From the NCBI GenBank assembly GCA_963720265.1, contig CAVRET010000002.1:878069-942068 (forward strand): 64,000 nucleotides of DNA, given 5' to 3'. How positions within the stretch are numbered: position 1 is the stretch's first letter; every line of letters starts with the position of its first letter. This DNA comes from an uncultured bacterium (GTDB taxonomy: Bacteria; Patescibacteriota; Saccharimonadia; UBA4664). A program made the translations under genes and the position numbers. This document shows positions 55,296-64,000 of this stretch, piece by piece. Below the pieces are notes generated by a model, which saw nothing but the letters and a program-made list of their open reading frames with translations, was not told the DNA's origin and did not search any database.

Positions 55296-58200
55296 CTACT
55301 GAATGACTTGGTAGTACCATTTGTAGGTCTTGGTGGCCGGGAGGCTACTGGTTAGTGCGTCAATGTCAAACCCAGTTGCCGAAACAGTGTCACTGTCGAC
55401 GTAGGTCGAAAGTGTAGCGGCATCGGCGTCAGCCGGAGTTAGGGTAACGTGCGGGGCGGCCGTAAAGGGTTTGGCAAATGCAAGCGAGGCAAGTTTTGCA
55501 GTTATGTCGCAGCCCGCGCCTGACGTAACCGTGATAAGGCCAGCTGTATCGGTGCCGGAAATGGTAACGGTAGCGCACGAGGCATCGCTCGTTGCGGACG
55601 GGGCGTTTCCGCCGGTCGTTATGTGCCCGTTGACGGTCAGGTTGGCGGCAGTCAACGTGCCGGTTACCGTCAGGTTGGCAATTTCGGCCGTGCCCGTCAC
55701 GGTCAGATCGGTTAGTGTGGCCATGCCGGAGACGTTCAGTGAGCTGAAGGCGGCAGCGTCGCCGTCGAGCACGGCACTGCCCTCGGCCGGCTGGGTCGTA
55801 CTTGAACCATCCGGATCGTAATAGCCGATGTTCAAATAAACATCTACTGATCCGACGCCTGTACCTGAGTAGCTGGTCATCGCGGTCCCGATTGACATAC
55901 CAGGCCCAGTCTGGAGCTCGGCGACTCCGCTTTGGGTTGAATAGGTCAGCCGATCACCGACGTTAATCGGGCCGTTGGCGGTTGATACGCTAACCGGCAC
56001 CTGACCAACCAGGCTGACAAGCGCGGTAGCACCGGGGTCTTTGGCGTTATAGATCCTGGAGTTACCGACGTATCCCGGCGAAGTTGATACTACTCCGACC
56101 AGCATTTGTGCACTGCCTGCGCCACAAGGGTCAACTTTTCCGGTTGCACTATCAAGGCAAACCGGCTCGCCCGGCTGCAGTTGCCCGTTTGTGACTTGCT
56201 CGAAGTACTCGGCATAGTCGCCGAGACCGCCGGCGATGGTGCCGTAGGCTGTAATTGAATAGCCGGAAGAAGAATCTTCGCCAACCTCAAGTGTGGCGGT
56301 CGTGCCGCCGGCATAGGCCGTGACATTGTTGGTGCTGACGGCTAGGGCGGTAACGCTTGATGCGTCGTCGACCTGAAGTGCAGTGGCTGAATCACTGAAG
56401 GTCTGGACCGTGGCGCCGGTGTTGGCTACGGTGACGCCGGTCTGGCCACCCTGGAGGTTGACGATGGTGCCGGCAGATGAGCCGCCGCTCGTGGCATCGC
56501 CGCCAATGTCCACGAGCTGGTCGGAAGTTGAAGTGCTATCGATTTCGACGTCGTCGTCGTTGTAATCTGTGCCGACCGCACCAATATTCACATTGTTTTG
56601 GTTTACGGTACCAAGTGAGATGATCCCGCTGTCCACCGCCTGTAGTGAAATGCCATCGCCGCCGCCATAGATGGTGGTGTAGCCGCCCTCGTTCTCGTTG
56701 CCAACGGTGACGTCCTGGGCGTTGGTGGTGCCGATGTGAATGTAAGGCGCTGAGACATACCCAAGGTCGGTGACAGTGATGTCGTCAATGTAATCGGTGG
56801 TGCCACCGCCAGAGCCAGTAAAGTTCAAGTAGGCATTGGTCGATCCGGGCGGAGCCGTGATATTGCCGGTCAGCTCGGTCCAGCCGGTGGTCGTGTCGGT
56901 GACGCTATCCCAATTACCGCCACCGACGCCGGGGCCATCCCAGGTAATATTACCGTTGACCGTTTCGGCTGTGGTGCCCCGAACCCAAGCCGTGAAGGCG
57001 TAGTCATGGCCGGCGGTAACGCTGATGTTGGCGTAACCTTCTTGAATACCCCAGGACCCGGCGGTCTCAGCCACTGCCAAGCTGTGCGTGGGGCTGTGAG
57101 CCTCGGCGGTTGATAGGCTTAACGGCGAGCAGCTGAACCAGCAGGTGAACGTGGCGGTGGTGCCAGTTTCAAAGTCGTCGTCTTCGATTTGGGTGCCGGA
57201 TTGCACGTTGGTGCCGTTATCGATCGTGATATTGCCGGAGGCGGTCGTTGATGAATTGCCGGTGGTGATGGCGACGGAGCCGGTCGTGCCCGAACCCGCG
57301 CCGGTGCCAATTGTTACACCGCCGGTGCCGGCCTGAACGGCCGTGGCCGAGGCGCCGTCGGTGGAGCCGGCGGTAACGGTTTGAGCCGCGCCGGTAGATG
57401 TGCCGACATTAATGGTGCTGGCAAGGGCCGTGGTGCCGGTGGCGCCGACGTTGACATTGGCGCCTGAGGTGTCGACTTGCAGTAGGTTCGCGCCGCCTGA
57501 GTTTTGGACCAAGAAGGCGGTTGTGGAATCGTTACCCGAGGTGGGCTCAACTTCTTCCGTGCCGGCGACCAGGAGGTTGACGTTTTGGCCCGTGCTCCAG
57601 CCGCTGGTGCCGGCGACGGTAACACCGATGCGCAAGGTGGAGTCGGTGGTGTTACTGTTCGGGCCAATGCCCCAGGTACCAGAACTATCCCATTGGCCGA
57701 CGACGAGGGCGTTGCCGGTGGATTGACTAGAAACGTCGTTGAGGTAGAGATACGCCGGGTTGGTGGTGCCGTCGATGTTGGAGCCAACCGTGAGCTCAGA
57801 CTGACTGCTGACGACGCCGTTTGCTGTATCGACGTTAAAGAGCGTGCTGCCGGAAGCATTTTGGATCTGGAAAGCCCCGGTGGAGTTGCTTGTGCCTTGA
57901 ATCACAACCGGCGAGGTGACATCGCCGTTTAACTGAGTTGAGCCGTTAATATTGAGAGAGCTTACGGAAGCCGTGATGATCATGGCCACGGCATCTGATA
58001 CGGCCGAGGTGGTAGTGGCGGTGGGGCTATAACTTGTGCCGGCGGCCATAGTTGGATCGTAGGCAATGACGTTGGTTCCGACACTGGTCACTTTGTAGCT
58101 AAATCCGCTGGTACTGCCGGCCGAGCCGGTACCGCCCGTGTAACCGTAGCCCCAATACAGGCCGCCGGTTTCTGGTGCCTTGAGGGTTGGATACGTCATG

Positions 58201-61200
58201 GTTGTTGACGCTACGTTTGTGATGCTGCCCTGCGCTGCGACAAACCAGTTGGTGTTTGCGCCAAGGCCTGAGGTAAACTCCTGGGCTGCGAGCTCACAGT
58301 TAATGCCCGGCGTGGTCCGATACGTTACGGTAATGGCCGAGGCGCCGGTCGTGGTGACGGTGCCTTCCCAGATTTCTTCGTGCAGATTGCCGTCGTGACG
58401 AGTCACCACATGCCACTGGCTGACGCCGCCGCCCGAGACTGAGGCCACATAGACGTTATCCTTAATCGCCAGTGCCATGAGGTTGCCAACGGTGTGCGGC
58501 GCAACACTGAGCGTCGTGAGACTTGAGGCTTGGTTGTCCCATTCCTGGACGGCGCTTGGTGCGGCCGAATTCCCCACGCCCACGATAGAGTTTGATGTGT
58601 CGGCGTTTAAGACGCTGGCTCCGTTGGTGTTTTGCACCTGGAAAGCGGTAGTGGAGTTGCCGGCCGTTGACGACTTTACCAGCGCATTGCCGTTGATTGT
58701 CGTCAGGTTGTTGGCGGCGGCGTTGCCGATCGTCACGCCGGTGGCGTTGGTTCCCGCAATTATCAGCCCGGTGCTGGCCGTAGTGTCGATGGCGGATTTT
58801 ACTTTTACGACGTCGCCACTGGTATCGACTGCGAGTTCGTCTACTCCGGCCGAATTCTGAACTTGGAAGGCTGTGTTAGATGTGTTCTGGACATAGGCAC
58901 TACCCGCGTTTGTGACCTGGAAGCCGATTGCCTGGATCCGGTAATTTGAGTTTCCCGTGATTGGCTGCGAAGCGTTAAGGGTGAGGCTCGTACCGCTGCC
59001 AACCGCCGTAATGATGCCGCTTTGGCCGTCACCAAAAATCATCTGCATGCCTATCATGGCGCTCGTCCAGGTGGTGCCGAGACCGGTGACGGTAGTCCCG
59101 GCTGAGAGTACCTCAGCCTGTCCGGTGCTGTAATAGACTGGACTGACACTGAACGTATTGAGCGGGATGGTCGTGCCGATGCCGACATTGACTGCATTGG
59201 CTCCCTGTCCGCCGAGAACAAGACTGTTGTTGGCCTGGACTTGGGCTTCGTAGCCAATCGCGGTCGAACCCTGGATTGACCCAGGCGTATCGAACCCATC
59301 CGAGTCAATTCCGGCCGTCTCATAGCCAAGAGCGGTGTCATCTTCGCTGCCGCTGGTCATGTCGTATGGAGTTAGTGCCCAGGCGCCGACTGCCGTGTTG
59401 TCGTTTGAGTTGCTGTAATACAGCGAGTAGCTGCCGATTGCAGTGTTAGAAATGCCGTCTATTGAGTTATTTGCTGAGTTATTGCCCAAAGCCGTATCGA
59501 AATCAGCGGTAGAGTTGTCCAGGTTCTGCAGGCTGCCGTTTCCGACCGCCGTATCGTATGATCCCGCATGATTGGCGTGTAAGGTGTACATGCCGAGCCC
59601 GGTATTGTATGAGCCGGTTGTGTTGTCTGCAAGGGACCCGTTGCCAAAGGCGCTATTTTGGAAGCCTTGTGTCGAACCGACGTTAAGCGCGTTATTGGCG
59701 CCAGCGCCGTCACCAACGAATGAATTGTAGCCGCCGCTGCCGCCGGATCTGACCTCAATGGCCGGGGTGCCGTCTGAGTTATCAACCACTAGGCCGGGAG
59801 CCGTGTTGCTGGCAGTGGCGATTACCACCTTGGCATTGGTAGTGTCGACCGTGAGCTCAGCAACACCAGATGTGTTCTGCACCTGGAATGCGGTAGTGGA
59901 ATCGGTAGTCGTCTTAATAATATCCGAGGGTGCTGTGCTGCTACCCGTAATGGTCTGACTAATGCCGTCACCTCGCAGTGTCAGTGGTTCGGTGCCGGCG
60001 CTATCACCCACGGTAACAATGCTATCGGTATCGGTGCCGACGTTGAGATTGCTGCCGGCGGCCGTAACGATATCAATGCCGCCGGCACCGCCTTGCAGAG
60101 TCGTAGTACCAGCCTCGTTGCCGTTGCCGATGAGCACGGCGGCCGCGTTGGTGGAGCCGAGCAGCACGGCGGGTGTCGATGTGCCACCGCTGACCACGAC
60201 GTCATCCAGATAGGTTGTAACAAAGCCACCATCATTGCCGTAGATGCTCAAAGTTTCACCAGTCGCACCAGCCGGTGCCACGGCAGATCCCGTAATCTCG
60301 GTCCAGCCGGTGGTCGAGTCCGTGACAGCGCCAATGGTTTGGAAGCCACCAGATCCACCGACCCACGTAACTCCGAGGGTAAGCAATTCGGCACTTGTGC
60401 CCCGCACCCAGGCCGAGAAATTGTACAGCTGACCGGCCGTAACGGCGTTACCGGGATAGTCGGTGGTGGCGGCCCAAGTGCTACCTGCGCCGTGATCCAT
60501 GGCCAGGCTGTGTGTACCGCCGTGAGCTTGAGCCGTTGACTGGGTAACCGTCGCGTTATAGTAATAGCCCCAGTTGTTGGTACCGGATTCAAAAGTGTCA
60601 TTTTCTACGTTGGACCCGCTCGATATCGCCCCGCTGCCGGCATCGATGGAAATGCTGCCCGCCGTGCCACTTGCAGAGTTGCCGGTTTGGATGATGATGG
60701 AGCCCGTATTGCCGGTGGCCGCGCCAGTGTTTATCGCCACGTTGCCCGTTCCACCTTCGATGGTAGTGGCAGATGCTCCATCCCCGCTGCCAAGGTTGGT
60801 GGTCTTGGCAGCACTGCCACCGCTGTAGCTATTGATGTTGACCGTGCTGGCTTCGTCGTTGAAGACCGCGCCAAGGTTCAGCGTGTTAGCCGCGACTGAG
60901 TTGGCGACGTTGATGGTGCCGCCGCTCGACGCCAGAATGTCCACGGCTTGCGAGGTGCCGCCGCCCTGGAGGGTGGTTGTACCAAGCTGATTGGCATTTC
61001 CAACGGTAATGGTCTGGGCGTTGGACGTGCCAATGTCAAGCGCCGGCGCACCTGCATTGGTCGTGGCGGTTATATCATCGAGGTAGGTCGTGGAACTGCC
61101 GTTGCCGTCGCCGCTATTGTAGAACTGGAAGTAGGCGTAGTTATAGCCACCGGACGGCGCCACGCCCGAACCGGTCATTTCCGTCCAGCCGATGGTGGTG

Positions 61201-64000
61201 TCGGTGACCGTTGAGAGCGTGACGCTGCCAACTACCCCGCCCCATTGCACGATTCCTTGAATAGCCTGCGGCAGGCTGCCGGCTCGCACCCAAGCTGTGA
61301 AATTGTACTGCTCGCCGGGGGTAATGGCAAAATTAGTTGATTGGATCCCCCAGTAGCCGCCGTCAGTAGCACTTTCGGTTACCGCCAGGGAGCACGAGCC
61401 GCCATGGGCCTGGGCGCTGGAACCGACGATTGAACTTGCACCGCCTCCCCAGGGGCCAAAGTTGGTAGTAACTGACGAGCATGGGCTGTCTTCGAATGTG
61501 TCGTCCAGGGCGCTCGAGCCGGAGTTGAAGGCGCCGGCGCCGTTGTCGATCAAGATGTTGCCGGAGGTGCCGCTGGCCGCGCCGGTCTCGAGAATTATAG
61601 AGCCGCTGTCGCCCGAAGCATTCCCGCCAGTCTGGATAGCGATGCCGCCGGTGCCGCCTTGGATGTTGGTGGTGCTCGTATCGTCCGTAGAGCCGAGGTT
61701 GAGCGTTTGGGCCGCACCGGTGGAGGTGCCGACATTGATAGTACTGGCCAAGGCCGTGGTGCCGGTGGCGCCGACGTTGACATTGTCGCCTGCAGTATCG
61801 ACGGTCAGTAGATCGTTGCTGCTGGCATCTTGGACCTGGAAGGCGGTGGTGGAGTTATTGGCGTTTTCGAAGGTGGTTGCACCGGTCGCGGTTAGGTTGC
61901 CCAGGGGGTCGATCGCGACGTCCGCCACGCTGCCGGTGGTGTAGGTAGCGTAGATGCTGGCGTTGAGACCGGTAATCGCCCCGCCGCCCGGCCAGGTGGC
62001 CGGGAAGCCATTGTCCGGGCCACTGTGGAAGGCGTACGAGGTGTTGTTGGCGTCCGAGGCGCCGGCCCCGGTATAGAAGTTGACGCCGGTGCCGCCGCTG
62101 GCGTTGAACACCAGCCAGTAGGTCGTACTCGGCGCCAAGGTCGCTGTAATCGGCAGCGTGTACCAGCCGCCGCCGCCCGAGCCGAAAGTGCCGACGCCCG
62201 ACGAGGCGATGTAACTGCCGGGGGCGCCGCCTGAGTCTGCGTAGATGGCGTACGCGTACTGATCGCCCGAACTCGGGGAACTGAAGTAGACCGACATTGA
62301 TGCGATCGTGCCGCCGGCGCCGGTCGTGAACTTAGAGCCCGACAGACAGGTGCCGGCGCAGCCGCCCGTGTTGTTGCCGGTGCCGGCATAGCCGAACGCC
62401 GAGCCGCTCAATGGGGTCTGGCCGATGGTGATGTTGCCGGTTGAAAGTACGTTGACGTTGCCGGTGCCGCCCTGAATTGTGGTCGCCGATGCCCCGTCGT
62501 TTGAGCCGACGTTGACGGTCTGGGCCGCACCGGTGGAGGTGCCGACGTTGATAGTACTGGCCAGCGCCGTGGATCCCGTAGAGCCGACGTTAACATTGTC
62601 GCCTGAGGTGTCGATACCGAGCAGATTGGCCCCAGCCGCATTCTGCACCTGGAAGGCGGTGGAGGAATTGGCCGAGTTCTCAAAGGTGGCGGCACCATTG
62701 GCGCCATTGATACTTGCCACAGTGCCGAGCGTATTAGGCGTTGAGCTGGACGAGCCGCTCGGTTGGGCCACCTGGAAGTTGATGTTGCCGCCGTCGCCAG
62801 TGCCGGTGCCAATACCGCCCGCGATGGCGATGTTCGCACCCGCCACATTCGAGCCCGAGCCGCCGGTAGCGTGAATGGTGATGCTTTGTGGGGCGATATC
62901 GGTGATGCCGGAGCCAATGTAGGCGTCTTGGATAAAGGAGCCATCTGACTGCGAGCCCCCGATGACCAGCTGGTTGTAGGCCGTAGCAGAGGAGTCTTCG
63001 CCAATGGCAATACTTTCGTCGATGGCCGAAGCATTCGCACCCAGGGCAACTGATTTCTGGTTGGCAGTGGAATAAGAGCCAATGGCTGTGCCCTGCCAGG
63101 CACTTAAACTACTGGTACCGACTGAGACCGCACCGGAGTTGGCAGCCACGGCACCCGTGCCTAGCGCTGTAGTGTCGCACCAGCCGGCAACTGCACTGTA
63201 GCCAATGGCGGTTTCGTCACTGCACGGGCCAAGTGTGGCGTCCAGTCCAAAGGCTTCGCCGTTAGCTTCGCCCTGGGGATTGGAGATGAACGAAGTCGTA
63301 TTGTACTCCGGCTGGGGGGCGCCGAGAGATGAGTCAGGAGCGTTATCGGTGTAGGTGGTGGTCGTGTTGTCGTTGATCGTAGTAAGTAGATAGCCAGTAT
63401 ACGGCCAGGGTGGATTGCCCGGGGACCGGTAGATCCGGCGACCAATTACGCCCGCTGGGCCAATCGGGATATTGGTGAGGGCAACTTGTTGACTGGCTGG
63501 CGTGACGGAGGTTGCGTTGGGCCCAACCGTAGTTTCACCGCTTTGGGTTAGGTAGCTCACATAGTAGTAATAAGTGCCGTTAAGTACGCCGGATCCGGTG
63601 GTATTGGCGGTGACTGCGGTGTTGGGCGGGGCTATGCCCGATACATCAACACCGCCGTAATTGACGTTGAGGTTGCCATTGGTCACCTGCGCGTTGCCAC
63701 CGGAGACTTCAAGGAGCTGCGAGGGCGTAGCAGTGCCGATGCCGACACGGTTGTCGGTCGTATCCGCCACCAGCAGGTTGGATGTGCCGGCAGCGTCTTG
63801 TATCTGGAATGCGTTCGTCGAGTCGGAAGCGTTCTGGAAACTGGCATTGCCGCTCACGTCCAGGGTATGGGTCGGATTTTCATTATCAATGCCAACGTCT
63901 CCTGAAGGTGCCAGATCTAGCGTGTCCGTGAGACTGTCGGCCGTAGTGTTTGCGACCGGGTTGAGTGGTACGCCGATGTCGGCCCAGTCAGCGCCACTTA
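55296..64000 (-). CDS. Giant (>2,850 aa) Gly/Thr/Ser-rich surface protein with CBM-like repeats, YadA-like head repeats and an autocleaving chaperone-like domain; runs off the right edge
   Basis: Frame stays open past 63857 to the window end. Three (D/N)D(T/D)FE...AH...WVR...W.E...Y.DD.. domains, TAIG/TALG repeats, repeated AFQ(V/I)Q(N/D)..G..L..DT, and DYAEYF...GVVSTSPG...GQVPV.V...NGPI.VGD near the C-terminus. Confidence 0.9.
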   Translation of the reverse strand, partial: SGADWADIGVPLNPVANTTADSLTDTLDLAPSGDVGIDNENPTHTLDVSGNASFQNASDSTNAFQIQDAAGTSNLLVADTTDNRVGIGTATPSQLLEVSGGNAQVTNGNLNVNYGGVDVSGIAPPNTAVTANTTGSGVLNGTYYYYVSYLTQSGETTVGPNATSVTPASQQVALTNIPIGPAGVIGRRIYRSPGNPPWPYTGYLLTTINDNTTTTYTDNAPDSSLGAPQPEYNTTSFISNPQGEANGEAFGLDATLGPCSDETAIGYSAVAGWCDTTALGTGAVAANSGAVSVGTSSLSAWQGTAIGSYSTANQKSVALGANASAIDESIAIGEDSSATAYNQLVIGGSQSDGSFIQDAYIGSGITDIAPQSITIHATGGSGSNVAGANIAIAGGIGTGTGDGGNINFQVAQPSGSSSSTPNTLGTVASINGANGAATFENSANSSTAFQVQNAAGANLLGIDTSGDNVNVGSTGSTALASTINVGTSTGAAQTVNVGSNDGASATTIQGGTGNVNVLSTGNITIGQTPLSGSAFGYAGTGNNTGGCAGTCLSGSKFTTGAGGTIASMSVYFSSPSSGDQYAYAIYADSGGAPGSYIASSGVGTFGSGGGGWYTLPITATLAPSTTYWLVFNASGGTGVNFYTGAGASDANNTSYAFHSGPDNGFPATWPGGGAITGLNASIYATYTTGSVADVAIDPLGNLTATGATTFENANNSTTAFQVQDASSNDLLTVDTAGDNVNVGATGTTALASTINVGTSTGAAQTLNLGSTDDTSTTNIQGGTGGIAIQTGGNASGDSGSIILETGAASGTSGNILIDNGAGAFNSGSSALDDTFEDSPCSSVTTNFGPWGGGASSIVGSSAQAHGGSCSLAVTESATDGGYWGIQSTNFAITPGEQYNFTAWVRAGSLPQAIQGIVQWGGVVGSVTLSTVTDTTIGWTEMTGSGVAPSGGYNYAYFQFYNSGDGNGSSTTYLDDITATTNAGAPALDIGTSNAQTITVGNANQLGTTTLQGGGTSQAVDILASSGGTINVANSVAANTLNLGAVFNDEASTVNINSYSGGSAAKTTNLGSGDGASATTIEGGTGNVAINTGAATGNTGSIIIQTGNSASGTAGSISIDAGSGAISSGSNVENDTFESGTNNWGYYYNATVTQSTAQAHGGTHSLAMDHGAGSTWAATTDYPGNAVTAGQLYNFSAWVRGTSAELLTLGVTWVGGSGGFQTIGAVTDSTTGWTEITGSAVAPAGATGETLSIYGNDGGFVTTYLDDVVVSGGTSTPAVLLGSTNAAAVLIGNGNEAGTTTLQGGAGGIDIVTAAGSNLNVGTDTDSIVTVGDSAGTEPLTLRGDGISQTITGSSTAPSDIIKTTTDSTTAFQVQNTSGVAELTVDTTNAKVVIATASNTAPGLVVDNSDGTPAIEVRSGGSGGYNSFVGDGAGANNALNVGSTQGFQNSAFGNGSLADNTTGSYNTGLGMYTLHANHAGSYDTAVGNGSLQNLDNSTADFDTALGNNSANNSIDGISNTAIGSYSLYYSNSNDNTAVGAWALTPYDMTSGSEDDTALGYETAGIDSDGFDTPGSIQGSTAIGYEAQVQANNSLVLGGQGANAVNVGIGTTIPLNTFSVSPVYYSTGQAEVLSAGTTVTGLGTTWTSAMIGMQMIFGDGQSGIITAVGSGTSLTLNASQPITGNSNYRIQAIGFQVTNAGSAYVQNTSNTAFQVQNSAGVDELAVDTSGDVVKVKSAIDTTASTGLIIAGTNATGVTIGNAAANNLTTINGNALVKSSTAGNSTTAFQVQNTNGASVLNADTSNSIVGVGNSAAPSAVQEWDNQASSLTTLSVAPHTVGNLMALAIKDNVYVASVSGGGVSQWHVVTRHDGNLHEEIWEGTVTTTGASAITVTYRTTPGINCELAAQEFTSGLGANTNWFVAAQGSITNVASTTMTYPTLKAPETGGLYWGYGYTGGTGSAGSTSGFSYKVTSVGTNVIAYDPTMAAGTSYSPTATTTSAVSDAVAMIITASVSSLNINGSTQLNGDVTSPVVIQGTSNSTGAFQIQNASGSTLFNVDTANGVVSSQSELTVGSNIDGTTNPAYLYLNDVSSQSTGNALVVGQWDSSGTWGIGPNSNTTDSTLRIGVTVAGTSGWSTGQNVNLLVAGTEEVEPTSGNDSTTAFLVQNSGGANLLQVDTSGANVNVGATGTTALASTINVGTSTGAAQTVTAGSTDGASATAVQAGTGGVTIGTGAGSGTTGSVAITTGNSSTTASGNITIDNGTNVQSGTQIEDDDFETGTTATFTCWFSCSPLSLSTAEAHSPTHSLAVAETAGSWGIQEGYANISVTAGHDYAFTAWVRGTTAETVNGNITWDGPGVGGGNWDSVTDTTTGWTELTGNITAPPGSTNAYLNFTGSGGGTTDYIDDITVTDLGYVSAPYIHIGTTNAQDVTVGNENEGGYTTIYGGGDGISLQAVDSGIISLGTVNQNNVNIGAVGTDYNDDDVEIDSTSTSDQLVDIGGDATSGGSSAGTIVNLQGGQTGVTVANTGATVQTFSDSATALQVDDASSVTALAVSTNNVTAYAGGTTATLEVGEDSSSGYSITAYGTIAGGLGDYAEYFEQVTNGQLQPGEPVCLDSATGKVDPCGAGSAQMLVGVVSTSPGYVGNSRIYNAKDPGATALVSLVGQVPVSVSTANGPINVGDRLTYSTQSGVAELQTGPGMSIGTAMTSYSGTGVGSVDVYLNIGYYDPDGSSTTQPAEGSAVLDGDAAAFSSLNVSGMATLTDLTVTGTAEIANLTVTGTLTAANLTVNGHITTGGNAPSATSDASCATVTISGTDTAGLITVTSGAGCDITAKLASLAFAKPFTAAPHVTLTPADADAATLSTYVDSDTVSATGFDIDALTSSLPATKTYKWYYQVIQ

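Noticed and set aside
55471-63445. Many short ORFs overlapping the giant gene
   Set aside because: Shadow or alternate-frame ORFs caused by GC-rich, biased codon usage.
1-64000. Alternative genetic code (TGA read as Gly)
   Set aside because: Long genes are intact under code 11 and several end at TGA at the expected length.

Overview
Bacterial chromosome window in the standard genetic code. The gene style suggests Patescibacteria/CPR, Saccharimonadia-like (inference): many near-leaderless genes, orphan genes, VirD4 + Replic_Relax elements and a giant surface protein. Housekeeping-like genes lie at the left end (UvrD helicase-RecB-type nuclease fusion, ExoI) and on the right (FAD oxidoreductase, divergent RecA paralog, G1 peptidase, ClC channel, >2,850-aa surface protein). 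Between them are two mobilizable elements integrated at tRNA-Val(TAC) (~11.9-21.4 kb) and tRNA-Leu(GAG) (~28.1-47.8 kb), a 904-bp toxin-antitoxin cassette bounded by att-like direct repeats, and a defence cluster (Eco57I-like RM, DpnI-like, Mrr-like, Kiwa-like, Cas4-like). There are two top candidates for novelty. (1) A tightly coupled four-gene operon (6.5-11.8 kb) whose first gene fuses a cold-shock-like domain, an isolated DnaK subdomain IIB and a DEAH RNA helicase; it is followed by a zinc-ribbon/RNase-toxin-like gene and two acidic helical genes, with a stand-alone copy of the zinc ribbon facing the operon. (2) Large serine recombinases that read antisense into their target tRNA, while the element's far att arm encodes an alternative in-frame C-terminal tail that is conserved at protein level, suggesting a recombination-driven tail switch. 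All family calls are from motif recognition by eye, not database searches.
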